From Polyangiales bacterium (GTDB lineage Bacteria > Myxococcota_A > Polyangia > Polyangiales > Ga0077539): a DNA stretch of 64,000 nt. Each line of letters begins with the position of its first letter. The stretch's first letter is position 1. Of the stretch, positions 49,700-58,883 are shown in pieces. The position numbers and the translations under genes are program-made. The stretch is taken from contig JBGARZ010000010.1 in the NCBI GenBank assembly GCA_044229975.1, forward strand, positions 318,009 to 382,008, written 5' to 3'. The notes under the pieces are model-generated. The model made no database searches. It saw nothing but the letters and a program-made list of their open reading frames with translations, and was not told where the DNA came from.

Positions 49700-50446
49700 A
49701 TGCGAAGCGCGGTCGTAGTGTTGGGTGTGATGCTGGTCGGGTCGTCGTCGGCGGCGCAGGGGGTGTCGCCGCGGGAGGCCTTCGATCAGGGGCTCGCGGC
49801 GTTTCAGGCGCGCGACTATGCGACGGCGCTGCAGCGCTTCGAGCGGGCGTACGCGCTCTCGCACAGCCCGGAGTTTCTCTTCAACATCGGGCTGACGCTG
49901 GAGCGCCTCGAACGCCGCGCCGACGCCATCACCGCCCTCCAGCAGTACCTGACGCTCCGGCCGTCGTCCCCGCAGCGCGCGGTCGTGGAGCGCCACATCG
50001 CCGACCTCCGCGCCGCCCTCGCAGCCGCCACGCCCGCGCCCGTGGTCGCGCCGCCTCCGCCGCCGCTGCCCGTGGTCACGCCTCCGCCGCCGTCGCCGTC
50101 GCTGCCACCGCCGCCACCACCGTCCGTCTCGCGCCCGGTGTGGCCGTGGGTGGTGCTCGGCGTGGGCGTCGCGTCGGGCGCGACAGGCGCGGTGCTGCTG
50201 GCCACCGCGACCGACCCGGGGGGCGACCCCGACGTGCGCACGGAGTCGCAGTACGTCGACGCGACGGGTGCGCTGGAGACGCGTCGCATCGTGGCGGGCG
50301 TGCTGCTGGGCGTCGGCGGCGCGGCGACGGTCGCGGGCCTGGTGGGCGCGCTCGTGGGGAGAGCCTCGCGCGAGTCGGCGGCGCCACGGGCGTTCGTGTG
50401 GCCGACGGCGGGCGGCGGGGTCGTCGGGGTGTCGGGGCGGTTCTAG
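49700..50446 (+). CDS. Secreted TPR protein with Pro-rich linker and C-terminal membrane segments
   Basis: FDQGLAAFQARDYATAL..FERAY, LFNIGLTLERL; WPWVVLGVG. Confidence 0.82.
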   Translation: MRSAVVVLGVMLVGSSSAAQGVSPREAFDQGLAAFQARDYATALQRFERAYALSHSPEFLFNIGLTLERLERRADAITALQQYLTLRPSSPQRAVVERHIADLRAALAAATPAPVVAPPPPPLPVVTPPPPSPSLPPPPPPSVSRPVWPWVVLGVGVASGATGAVLLATATDPGGDPDVRTESQYVDATGALETRRIVAGVLLGVGGAATVAGLVGALVGRASRESAAPRAFVWPTAGGGVVGVSGRF

Positions 50447-50450
50447 CGAG

Positions 50451-51098
50451 ATGACCGCACCGCGAACGGCCCGCGCGGTCATGGTCGCGCTCCTCGTGTG
50501 CCCCGCGATCGCTGGCGCGCAGCCGCTGACGGACGTGAACATCCCCGCGCTGCGGGCGGACGTCGCCGCGGAGTGCGTGGCGCGCGCGCGGACGCTGGAG
50601 GCCGCGGGACGGGCCCTCGACGCCGAGGCCAGCTACCGCGACGCGATGACGGCCGACCCGTCGCGGCTCGACGCCTTCCTCGGGTACGCACGGCTGCTTC
50701 GGCAGCGGGGACGGGGCGACGAGGCGGCGGCCGCGCTGCGGGCGGTGTCGCCGCGGGCGCTCGCCGACGACGCCGCGCTCACGACGCTGACCGACGCGTG
50801 GCTGGCGCTGGGGCGGGCCGACGAGGCGGCGCTGCTGCTGCGGGCCCACGGGCGCGGGCCGACGGCGTGGCGGGCGCTGGCGACGCTGGCGACGCGGCAG
50901 GGGTCCTTCGCGGAGGCGCTCGCGGCGTCGAGGCGGGTGCTCGACGCGGGCGACGGGAGCCGTGCGGCGGGGCTCACGGTGCGGGCGCTCGCGCAGTTGA
51001 GCGCGGAGGTGGACGTGGTGCGGCGGCCACCCGCGGGGACGACGTCGGCGCTGCGGCGCTGGCTGGCGGGCGATCGGGCCGAGCCGACGGGCTGGTAG
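50451..51098 (+). CDS. Secreted TPR-like protein
   Basis: Signal peptide; helical repeats AEASYRDAMTADP..LDAFLGYARL. Confidence 0.7.
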   Translation: MTAPRTARAVMVALLVCPAIAGAQPLTDVNIPALRADVAAECVARARTLEAAGRALDAEASYRDAMTADPSRLDAFLGYARLLRQRGRGDEAAAALRAVSPRALADDAALTTLTDAWLALGRADEAALLLRAHGRGPTAWRALATLATRQGSFAEALAASRRVLDAGDGSRAAGLTVRALAQLSAEVDVVRRPPAGTTSALRRWLAGDRAEPTGW

Positions 51099-51099
51099 C

Positions 51100-51154
51100 G
51101 AAACCGTCCCCGATCTCGACCGCAACAACTTGAAAACTTGAAACCGTCCCCACC
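51100..51154. repeat. Two further copies of the GAAACCGTCCCC repeat family
   Basis: gaaaccgtcccc at 51100 and aacaacttgaaaacttgaaaccgtccccacc at 51124-51154, matching 44265-44290. Confidence 0.88.
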
Positions 51155-51174
51155 TCTGGCGTCCCCTCCGCGCC

Positions 51175-52383
51175 ATGAACCCCGTCGCCACCCCCGATCA
51201 CCTCGCCCGCGTCCGCTACGAGATCCGCGGTCCGCTCGCGCGGCGCGCCCATGAGATCGAGCGCCAGGGTCACTCGGTCATCAAGCTCAACATCGGCAAC
51301 CCGGCGCTCTTCGGCTTCCGCATGCCCGACGCGCTGCGCGACGCCGTCGCCGAGAACCTCACGCAGGCCGACGGCTACTGTCACCAGAAGGGCATCCTCC
51401 CCGCGCGCGAGGCCGTCGCTTCTGCCGCCACTGCGCGCGGCGTGGAGGGCGTCGACGCCGAGGACGTCTTCATGGGCAACGGCGTCTCCGAGCTCATCTT
51501 GATGACCCTCGAAGCGCTGCTCCGTCCTGGCGACGAGGTGCTGCTCCCCGCGCCCGACTACCCCCTGTGGACGGCGGCCGTCGCCCTCACCGGCGCGACG
51601 CCCGTCTACTACGCGTGCACCGAGGAGCGCGGCTACGTCCCCGACCCCGACGAGATCGACCGCCTCGTCTCCCCGCGCTGCCGCGCCGTCGTGCTCATCA
51701 ACCCCAACAACCCCACTGGCGCCGTGTATCCGGAGGCCGTGGTGCGCGCGATCGTTCGCGTCGCCGAACGCCACGGCGTGGTGCTCTTCTCCGACGAGAT
51801 CTACGACCACATCCTCTACGACGGCGCCGAGCACGTCCCCGCCGCGCTGCACTGCAAGGAGACCCTGTGCGCCACCTTCGGCGGGCTCTCCAAGGTCTAT
51901 CGGGCGTGCGGGCTGCGAACGGGGTGGGTGACGTTCAGCGGGCGGCGCGACCACGCGGCGCAATACCTCCAGGCGGTGGAGCTGCTCGCGTCGCTGCGGC
52001 TGTGCTCCAACGTTCCCGGGCAGTGGGCCGTCGCGCCGGCGCTCGCGAGCGGCCACGGCATCGTGGAGCTCACCTCGCCCGTCGGTCGCCTGGGCCGTCA
52101 GCGGGCCGCGGTGCTGGAGGGTGTCGCTCGCTCCAAGCACCTGCACGTCGCGGCGCCGCGCGGGGCGCTGTATGCGTTCGTGGGGGCGCGCACGCCGGGC
52201 TTCGACGACGCGCGCTTCGCGATGGCGCTGTTGGAGAAAGAGCACGTGCTGGTGGTGCCCGGGTCGAGCTTCAACATCGACGATCGAACGCACTTCCGGG
52301 TGACGCTCCTGCCCGACACCGACACGATGGCGGAGGTGTTTCGCCGCATCGAGCGGCTGCTCGACGGCCGAGCGTCGGAGTAG
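51175..52383 (+). CDS. alaA: Alanine transaminase (AlaA/AlaT type)
   Basis: VRYEIRGP, KLNIGNPA.FGF, GNGVSELI, PDYPLWTAA, NPNNPTGAVY, GLSKVYR.CG.R.GW. Confidence 0.92.
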   Translation: MNPVATPDHLARVRYEIRGPLARRAHEIERQGHSVIKLNIGNPALFGFRMPDALRDAVAENLTQADGYCHQKGILPAREAVASAATARGVEGVDAEDVFMGNGVSELILMTLEALLRPGDEVLLPAPDYPLWTAAVALTGATPVYYACTEERGYVPDPDEIDRLVSPRCRAVVLINPNNPTGAVYPEAVVRAIVRVAERHGVVLFSDEIYDHILYDGAEHVPAALHCKETLCATFGGLSKVYRACGLRTGWVTFSGRRDHAAQYLQAVELLASLRLCSNVPGQWAVAPALASGHGIVELTSPVGRLGRQRAAVLEGVARSKHLHVAAPRGALYAFVGARTPGFDDARFAMALLEKEHVLVVPGSSFNIDDRTHFRVTLLPDTDTMAEVFRRIERLLDGRASE

Positions 52384-52394
52384 AAGCGTCGGCC

Positions 52395-52853
52395 ATGCAG
52401 CGCGCCATCACCGGTTTCCGTTGGGACGAGGCGGGCGACCCTGTCGCCGAGCTCGCGTGCGGGCACGGGCAGCACGTGCGCCATCAGCCGCCGATGATGT
52501 CGCGGCCGTGGGTGCTCACCGAGGAGGGGCGCGCGTCGCGGCTCGGGGTGCCGCTGGAGTGTGTTCGGTGCGACCGCTTCGAGCGCCCCGACGGCCTCGT
52601 GGCCTACCAGCGAACGGCGGAGTTCACCGAGGCGACGATGCCCGCGGGCCTGCGCCGCGACCACACGACGAAGGCCGGCGTGTGGGCGGAGATCAGGGTG
52701 CTGGAGGGCAGGCTGCGCTACCGGGTCGAGTCGCTGGGCCGGGAGTTTGCGCTCGACGCGGCGACGCCGGGGGTGGTGCTGCCGGAGGTGGCGCACCACG
52801 TCGAGCCCGACGGGGCCGTGCGCTTCTACGTGGAGTTTTCGCGGCGGGGATAG
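52395..52853 (+). CDS. DUF3565 + DUF1971 (TehB/YeaR-type cupin) fusion protein
   Basis: LACGHGQHVRHQPP...RPWV..EEGR..C..C followed by YQRTAEF...P.GL...HTTKAGVW...VLEGRL. Confidence 0.8.
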   Translation: MQRAITGFRWDEAGDPVAELACGHGQHVRHQPPMMSRPWVLTEEGRASRLGVPLECVRCDRFERPDGLVAYQRTAEFTEATMPAGLRRDHTTKAGVWAEIRVLEGRLRYRVESLGREFALDAATPGVVLPEVAHHVEPDGAVRFYVEFSRRG

Positions 52854-52870
52854 AGCGGGATGGGCCGCGC

Positions 52871-53737
52871 TCAGCGAACGGCGGGCATGCAGGTGCCGCG
52901 CTGCGCGGGGTTGCCGGTGTCGAAGTCGCCCGTGAGTACGTGGATCTGCCCCGACGAGGGGCAGTCGACGTAGGCCGACGGGCAGGAGCTGCACTGGTCG
53001 TCGAAGCTCCCCGATCGGGCCGGCAGGGCCATCGCGGCGGTGCACGGCGCGGTGCCCGCGCACACGCGAATCACCGGGTCGCCGACGCACGAACCGTAGG
53101 ACGGCTGGCAGAGCGATCCGACGCCTGAGCCGTCGGTGCAGCCGACCATGGCGATGCGCCCCGGGGTGCACGCGAAGGTCATGCCCGTGCGCCAGCCGCA
53201 GTCGCGGTTGGGCCCCTGCGTCACGCCCGCGCCGCACGGATTGGTGACCGGTCCGGTGCTCATGCAGGCGCCGCAATCGCCCGGGCACGACCCGCAGGTC
53301 TCGGCGCCGTTGCAGGTTCCGTCGCCGCAGCGGATGGTGGGGACGTCGGGCGGCGGCGGGCACTCCGACGCGCAGTCGGAGCGGCAGCTCTCGCAGGACT
53401 CCGAGTCGGCGCAGACACCGTCCCCGCAGCGCACGACGGGCACGTCGCGAGCGACGCCGACGTCGACGGGCGTGGTGCCGACGTCGACGGGCGTGGTGCC
53501 GACGTCGACGGGGGCGGTGCCCGCATCGACGGGCGTGGTGCCCTCATCGGTCGAGACAGTGCCTGCGTCGGTGATCGCGGTGCCCGCATCGGTGGGAGTG
53601 ACCGCGACGTCGGACGTGGCGGCGACGTCGGAGGTGGCGCCGGCGTCGGGGTCGAGCGATCCGCTGCTGCCGCGGGGTGAGCCGCAGGCCCCGAGGGTGA
53701 GGAGCGCGACGATGCTGAGGGTGCGGGGTGAAGGCAT
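52871..53737 (-). CDS. Cysteine-rich lipoprotein with repetitive acidic linker
   Basis: Lipobox LGAC; PVDVGTT repeats; CGDG.C...E.C.SC..DC units. Confidence 0.8.
   Translation of the reverse strand: MPSPRTLSIVALLTLGACGSPRGSSGSLDPDAGATSDVAATSDVAVTPTDAGTAITDAGTVSTDEGTTPVDAGTAPVDVGTTPVDVGTTPVDVGVARDVPVVRCGDGVCADSESCESCRSDCASECPPPPDVPTIRCGDGTCNGAETCGSCPGDCGACMSTGPVTNPCGAGVTQGPNRDCGWRTGMTFACTPGRIAMVGCTDGSGVGSLCQPSYGSCVGDPVIRVCAGTAPCTAAMALPARSGSFDDQCSSCPSAYVDCPSSGQIHVLTGDFDTGNPAQRGTCMPAVR
53461..53544. repeat. Coding 21-bp tandem repeat, four copies
   Basis: cgtcgacgggcgtggtgccga twice exact, then two degenerate copies. Confidence 0.85.
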
Positions 53738-53863
53738 TGGGTCCTTTGATGGGGCTTGAGGCGTCACGACCGAGACGCGGCCGGATCTATACGCCTCGAC
53801 CCGACGATGGGAGATGGCATCTCTGCGAACGTGGTTCGCACATCTGCAACGATAAAGAGTTGG

Positions 53864-53977
53864 GCCGCCAGGGCGCCAGGGTCGCAAGGGTCAGAAGTGA
53901 GAGGCTGGATGATCGTGCGACAGACCCATTCCTTCATCTCTCATGTCTGACCCTTGCGACCCTGGCGCCCTGGCGGC
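53864..53977. repeat. Perfect 32-bp inverted repeat (REP/MITE-like)
   Basis: gccgccagggcgccagggtcgcaagggtcaga (53864-53895) is the exact reverse complement of 53946-53977. Confidence 0.92.
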
Positions 53978-54055
53978 TTTCCGCCCGCTTCAACTCCTCC
54001 GAGGAGCGACGCTGTCACACGCCGATCGACATCGCCCGATGCTACCGTCGCCCGC

Positions 54056-55018
54056 GTGAACGGTGCCCGCCTCGCCTGCCTCTTCGCGGTCGCATGTCTC
54101 GCGTGTGGCGCGCGCACTCCCTTGTCCTCCGACCCGCTCGTCGGCTCCGACGCGGGCGCGTCGTCGGACGCCTCCCAGGTCGGTGCAACGCTCTCCATCC
54201 CCCTCGGGACCTACACGGACTGTCGGTCCTCCACCGTGACCACGCGGCCCAACCTCGTCGGCGGCACCGGCGGGGAAGGCTCCATCACGCTCACCCGCGA
54301 AGGCGACGCCGTCGTCGCCGCGCTCGCGTTTCCCAGATACGCGAGCGGTCGCACGATGTTGGTCCCGACGAGCGCGACCTCCGCTGCCTTCCGCGCGCCC
54401 CAGACCTTCGACATCCAGACCACCAACCCGGGCTTCCGCGTGGTCACCCTCACCGCGACCACCGGCGCGCTCTCCCTCGTCGGGCAGACGCTCTTCCTCT
54501 CGACCCATGGCAGCGTCAGCGAGGACGACGTCAGCACCTTCTTCCACTGTCGTGTGCCCGCGGGAGCGCCGCCGACGAGCATCGTCACCAACGCTCCGCC
54601 GCCGGGTCGTCCGGGGCCCGGCGTCTATCGCTCGTGCGTCGCTGCGTCGAGCACGGAGGGGCCCATCCGCGCCGGCGCGGCGGGCGCTCTCGGCGCCATC
54701 ACCGTCACCGAGCGCGACGGCACCCTCCACCTCACCCTGAACGACTGGCTGCTCTCGGCGCTGAGCTGCGGCGGCTTCGACTTCGGCGCCGCCCCGGTCA
54801 CGGCCGCGCTGACCGCGGGGCAGACCTGCGACCTCCAGCAACCGTGCGGACCGCCGCCGACCCTCGGCGCCTCGCCGTATCCATCCGTGGCGACGCTGAC
54901 GGACCTGCGCGGCGCGATGCGGGTCAACGGCACCGCGCTCTTCGTGGACGTCCTCGGCGACGCGAGCGAGCGGGCGTGCGGCGTTCACGACGTGTCGATC
55001 GTCTGCGCGAACCCGTAG
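54056..55018 (+). CDS. Hypothetical lipoprotein with an apparent internal two-fold duplication
   Basis: Lipobox CLAC-GART; similar halves (GTYTDC..ITLTREGD vs GVYRSC..ITVTERDG). Confidence 0.7.
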   Translation: MNGARLACLFAVACLACGARTPLSSDPLVGSDAGASSDASQVGATLSIPLGTYTDCRSSTVTTRPNLVGGTGGEGSITLTREGDAVVAALAFPRYASGRTMLVPTSATSAAFRAPQTFDIQTTNPGFRVVTLTATTGALSLVGQTLFLSTHGSVSEDDVSTFFHCRVPAGAPPTSIVTNAPPPGRPGPGVYRSCVAASSTEGPIRAGAAGALGAITVTERDGTLHLTLNDWLLSALSCGGFDFGAAPVTAALTAGQTCDLQQPCGPPPTLGASPYPSVATLTDLRGAMRVNGTALFVDVLGDASERACGVHDVSIVCANP

Positions 55019-55031
55019 CGCCCTCGGACGC

Positions 55032-55811
55032 TCACGACCGGCCGATCACCTCCATCGGGGCGGTCGGGAAGACGTGCGCGCGGGCCGCGTCGAAGCGCAC
55101 GCGGACGACGTTGCCCGCATCGAGCTTCGACAACGACGACGCCTTGATGAGGAGGTTCTCCTGGTCGACGAACGTGGCGCTGCCGTCGTCGGGCGTGACC
55201 TCGAACATCACCGCGAGCAGGTAGCTGTCGTTGGCCTTCATCTCGCGCAGCACCGAGCGACGCATCACGCGGCCACGGCCGAGCGCGCCGAAGGAGTGCA
55301 CGAGCGTCGACCGGAGGTGCCTCGCGCAGTTCACGGCGCGCGTCACCGCGAACAAGATGCCCGCAACCGTGGCGACGAACCACGCGGGCGACTCCGACAG
55401 GCCCTTCATCGCGGACCACCATGCGAGCCCGAGGCCCGCGGCGATGAACACCGCGTAGGCCACGAATCCGATGGCGTTCATCGGGAGCGCGCGGGTGAGC
55501 GCGAAGTACGACGACACGACCACCGCATCGAGCGCCTCCTCGGCGTCCTTGTGCGTGACCGACGCGAGCTGGGCGTAGAGCGCGACGGCCTGTTCGCGAC
55601 GACCATCGACGAGGAGCTGCTTCACGCGCTCGATGTCCTCCTTCGACACCGGTTGCGCGCTCACGGGTGCGGCGTTGGTCGCGGTGCTGGTCGTGGTCCC
55701 GACGAGCAGGCTCGTGTTGCAGTAGATGCAGACGACGACGCGCCGGTCGGGCGCCAGCGAGTGCGGCGCGCCGCAGTTGGGGCAGGTGATCATCGACAGC
55801 GAGGAGGTCAT
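55032..55811 (-). CDS. Zn-ribbon membrane protein
   Basis: CPNC..CIYC, short helical domain, two TM helices, C-terminal beta domain. Confidence 0.75.
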   Translation of the reverse strand: MTSSLSMITCPNCGAPHSLAPDRRVVVCIYCNTSLLVGTTTSTATNAAPVSAQPVSKEDIERVKQLLVDGRREQAVALYAQLASVTHKDAEEALDAVVVSSYFALTRALPMNAIGFVAYAVFIAAGLGLAWWSAMKGLSESPAWFVATVAGILFAVTRAVNCARHLRSTLVHSFGALGRGRVMRRSVLREMKANDSYLLAVMFEVTPDDGSATFVDQENLLIKASSLSKLDAGNVVRVRFDAARAHVFPTAPMEVIGRS

Positions 55812-55840
55812 CGTGGGGCGATGGTACTCCGCCGCGGGGC

Positions 55841-57136
55841 TCAGCTCGCGACCGCGCCGCCCACCCGACGACTCAAGCGCACGCCGTCGGCGGTGCGCGT
55901 GAGAAACGCCTGCATCCCGCGGTGGTAGCGCGTCGGTCGCAGCGTCGCGTCGGCGCACACACGCTCGCCCGTCGCCACGTCCCACACCGTCGTCCCGGCC
56001 TCGTCGTGGATGGCGAAGAGGTACCCATCGAACACCAGCGAGTCGGCCAGCACCCGCGGCGGCCACGCCCTCGGCGGTCGCACCCGCGGCCCCGCGAACC
56101 ATCGCAGCAGTCTTCCCTCTCGCGCATCGATCAGTAGCGCCGACGGCACCAACCACTCGTCGTCGTCGCCGTAGCCCCACAGCGCCACCGTGCGCTTGTC
56201 GACCCAGCACGCGGGGCCGTCCCAGTAGTAGTCGCGGGTTGCCAGCCCACGCAGCGTCGGGCCGTCCTCCGACTCCCAGACGTTGCCCTGCCACGCGTCG
56301 AGGCTCCACGCGCGCACCACGCCGACGGGGTGCCAGATCCAACCGCTGTCGATGATCCACGCGCCGTCGGGCGAGACCGCGAGGCTGCCGTGGAAGTAGT
56401 CGAGGTAGTGCTCGGGCGGGGGGCCACCGCTCTCCCGCGGGGCGAAGGTGCGCTCGCTCAACACCCGATCGGCGGCGACGTCGATGAGGTCGAGGCGGTT
56501 CCATTCGGAGCCGGTGACGAGCAGCGTGCGGTCGTCGCGACGCGCAAACGCCACGGGAAAGAAGCTGTTCTGGGGGCGGTACGATCCGCGATGGAGGCGG
56601 CGCACCACGCGACCGTCGCGCAGGTCGACCACCACGCCGAGCGAGCCCGACACCTCGAAGATCGCGGCGTAGTCACCGACGGGCGAGAGGCGCAGCCCGC
56701 ACCCGGCGCCCAACGCGAAGCCGAGCTCCTTCGGGCGACGCACGCGGGTGACCCCACCGCTCGCAAGGTCGACGCGCAGCAGCCATCCATCGCTCAGCAG
56801 AAACCAGCACCCCGCGGCGTCGTCCGAGCACGGTTGGAAGTCGACGACCTCGGCGTCGAAGGAGAGCGCGACGTCGGTGCGCACGAAGGCGAGGTCGGTC
56901 TCGCGGGTGAGCGCCTCGGGCTGCCCGACGGCGCCGCCGCAGTACGCGTCGTCGGCGTGCTTCGTCCACCAGGCGTCGTCAACGGCGCACCACGCGGGCG
57001 CCTCGGGGTGAGTCTTGGCGCAGTCGACGCAGGCCCAGTTGCGAGCGAGGCCGCGACCGGTGAACCACAAGCGGAGGTCCGACGGGTTGAGAAGGACGTG
57101 CTCGCAAACAAGATCGGGGCGCTCGTCGGTGACCAT
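55841..57136 (-). CDS. Hypothetical protein, beta-propeller-like with N-terminal Cys/His cluster
   Basis: CEH..CVDC; LSPVGD/VSPDG and TTVWD repeats; host-like codon usage. Confidence 0.7.
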   Translation of the reverse strand: MVTDERPDLVCEHVLLNPSDLRLWFTGRGLARNWACVDCAKTHPEAPAWCAVDDAWWTKHADDAYCGGAVGQPEALTRETDLAFVRTDVALSFDAEVVDFQPCSDDAAGCWFLLSDGWLLRVDLASGGVTRVRRPKELGFALGAGCGLRLSPVGDYAAIFEVSGSLGVVVDLRDGRVVRRLHRGSYRPQNSFFPVAFARRDDRTLLVTGSEWNRLDLIDVAADRVLSERTFAPRESGGPPPEHYLDYFHGSLAVSPDGAWIIDSGWIWHPVGVVRAWSLDAWQGNVWESEDGPTLRGLATRDYYWDGPACWVDKRTVALWGYGDDDEWLVPSALLIDAREGRLLRWFAGPRVRPPRAWPPRVLADSLVFDGYLFAIHDEAGTTVWDVATGERVCADATLRPTRYHRGMQAFLTRTADGVRLSRRVGGAVAS

Positions 57137-57225
57137 CGTGGGAGCCTAACCTCCGTCAGCGCCCAACGACGCCCTGCGGCACCACCCTCTTGCGCGGCCG
57201 TGACGTGTTACCCATCGGGGACACG

Positions 57226-58848
57226 ATGAAGCTCACGCGGCGGATGTTCATCAAGCTTGCGGGCGCGGCCGGTGTTGCTGGTTGCGGCGAAGACGGCGCG
57301 TCGGAGGTCGATCCCACCGAGGAGTTCGACTCGCCGCCCGACGAGGTGCTCGACGCTGGCGCCGAAGACCTCGACGCCGCGGTCGAGCCCGAGGACGCCG
57401 GCGCCGACCTCGACAGCGGAACCACTCCTACCCTCGACGCCGCTGCGACCGACGTCCCGGTCATCGGTCCGCGCGACGCTGGTGTCGTGGTGCCTCCGCG
57501 TGATGTGCCCGTGAGTGTCCCGCGTGACGTACCAGTGCTCCCACCTGTGAGGGACGCGGGCACGACGCTCCCCCTCCGCGACGCCGACTTCCGCGACCTC
57601 CCCGAGCGACGAACGCAGTTTCCGCTCGGCGTGATGGCGGGCGACGCGACCGATACGTCGGTGATGTTCTGGACCAAGTACGCGGGCAAGGCGTCGGTGG
57701 TGCTGCGCGTGCTGGAGATGGACGGCAACCGCATCGCCGCGGTGCGCTTCAACGACCGCGTGACTCCCTCGTCTGCGGGCTTCGTGCGCGCGATCGTGAC
57801 GGGCCTGCGCCCCAACCGGAAGCACCTCTACGCCTTCCTCCTCGGCGGCGCGACCTCGCCCTCGGGGCGCAGCCTCACGGGCCGCGTGCAGACCGCCCTC
57901 GGCGCCGACTCGCTCGCCCCCATCGTCTTCGGTGGGACGTCTTGCAGCAGCCCGCGCGCGCATCCCTTCCCGGTGCTCCAGAACGCGGGCTCGCGCGACG
58001 ACCTCGACTTCTTCATCCACGCGGGCGACCACATCTACGCGGACTTCGCGCCCACCGCCGCGACGATCTCGCAGTACCGCGGGAAGTACAGCGAGAGCTG
58101 GGCGTCGGCGGGGATGCGTTCGCTGCACGGCTCGACGGGCCAGTACCTCACCTGGGACGACCACGAGGTCTTCAACGACTGGAACCCCGAGAGCATCGCG
58201 CCGGCCCGCCTCGCCGCCGCGCGCCAGGCCTTCTTCGAGCACCGCGCCACGCGGCGCAACGCCGACGACCGCGACCGCATCTGGCGCAGCTTCCGCTGGG
58301 GTCGCACGGCGGAGATCTTCATCCTCGACTGCCGCGCCGAGCGTCGCCCGTCCACCCGCTCGACCGACCCGTCGCGCGGATCGACGTACCTCTCCCGTCG
58401 ACAGATGGACTGGTTGAAAGCGGGGCTTCGTACCTCGCCGTGCGTGTTCAAGTTCATCGTCAACTCGGTGCCCATCGTCGACCGCGCGGGCGCCGACGGC
58501 GACAACTGGAACGGCTATGCCTCACAGCGCCGCGAGATCCTCAACCACATCGACAACAACAACCTCCGCGGCGTGGTGTGGCTCTCCGGCGATGTTCACT
58601 TCGGCGGCGTGTGCCGCGTTGAGGCGTCAGGGCCCTGGAGCAACATCTGGGAGGTGGTGATGGGCCCGTCGGGGTCCAACCGCGACGGTCGCCCTCCGCT
58701 GCGCGAGGGGCAGTGGCCCGTGACCGTCCACGACGTGCACAACTACGTGGTCGTGCGCGCCGACCCCGCCGATCGCAGCGTCGTGGTCGACTTCATCAAC
58801 GAGGACGGCGGCCGCATCCCCAACAGCCGTTGGACGCACACGTTTTGA
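57226..58848 (+). CDS. phoD: Alkaline phosphatase D, Tat-exported lipoprotein
   Basis: KLTRRMFIK Tat motif, FPLGVMAGD, HAGDHIYAD, WDDHEV.ND, DNWNGY..QR, LSGDVH. Confidence 0.92.
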   Translation: MKLTRRMFIKLAGAAGVAGCGEDGASEVDPTEEFDSPPDEVLDAGAEDLDAAVEPEDAGADLDSGTTPTLDAAATDVPVIGPRDAGVVVPPRDVPVSVPRDVPVLPPVRDAGTTLPLRDADFRDLPERRTQFPLGVMAGDATDTSVMFWTKYAGKASVVLRVLEMDGNRIAAVRFNDRVTPSSAGFVRAIVTGLRPNRKHLYAFLLGGATSPSGRSLTGRVQTALGADSLAPIVFGGTSCSSPRAHPFPVLQNAGSRDDLDFFIHAGDHIYADFAPTAATISQYRGKYSESWASAGMRSLHGSTGQYLTWDDHEVFNDWNPESIAPARLAAARQAFFEHRATRRNADDRDRIWRSFRWGRTAEIFILDCRAERRPSTRSTDPSRGSTYLSRRQMDWLKAGLRTSPCVFKFIVNSVPIVDRAGADGDNWNGYASQRREILNHIDNNNLRGVVWLSGDVHFGGVCRVEASGPWSNIWEVVMGPSGSNRDGRPPLREGQWPVTVHDVHNYVVVRADPADRSVVVDFINEDGGRIPNSRWTHTF

Positions 58849-58883
58849 TCCGGGCGGGAGGTGAGTGTCCGCGTGGTCGCCCT

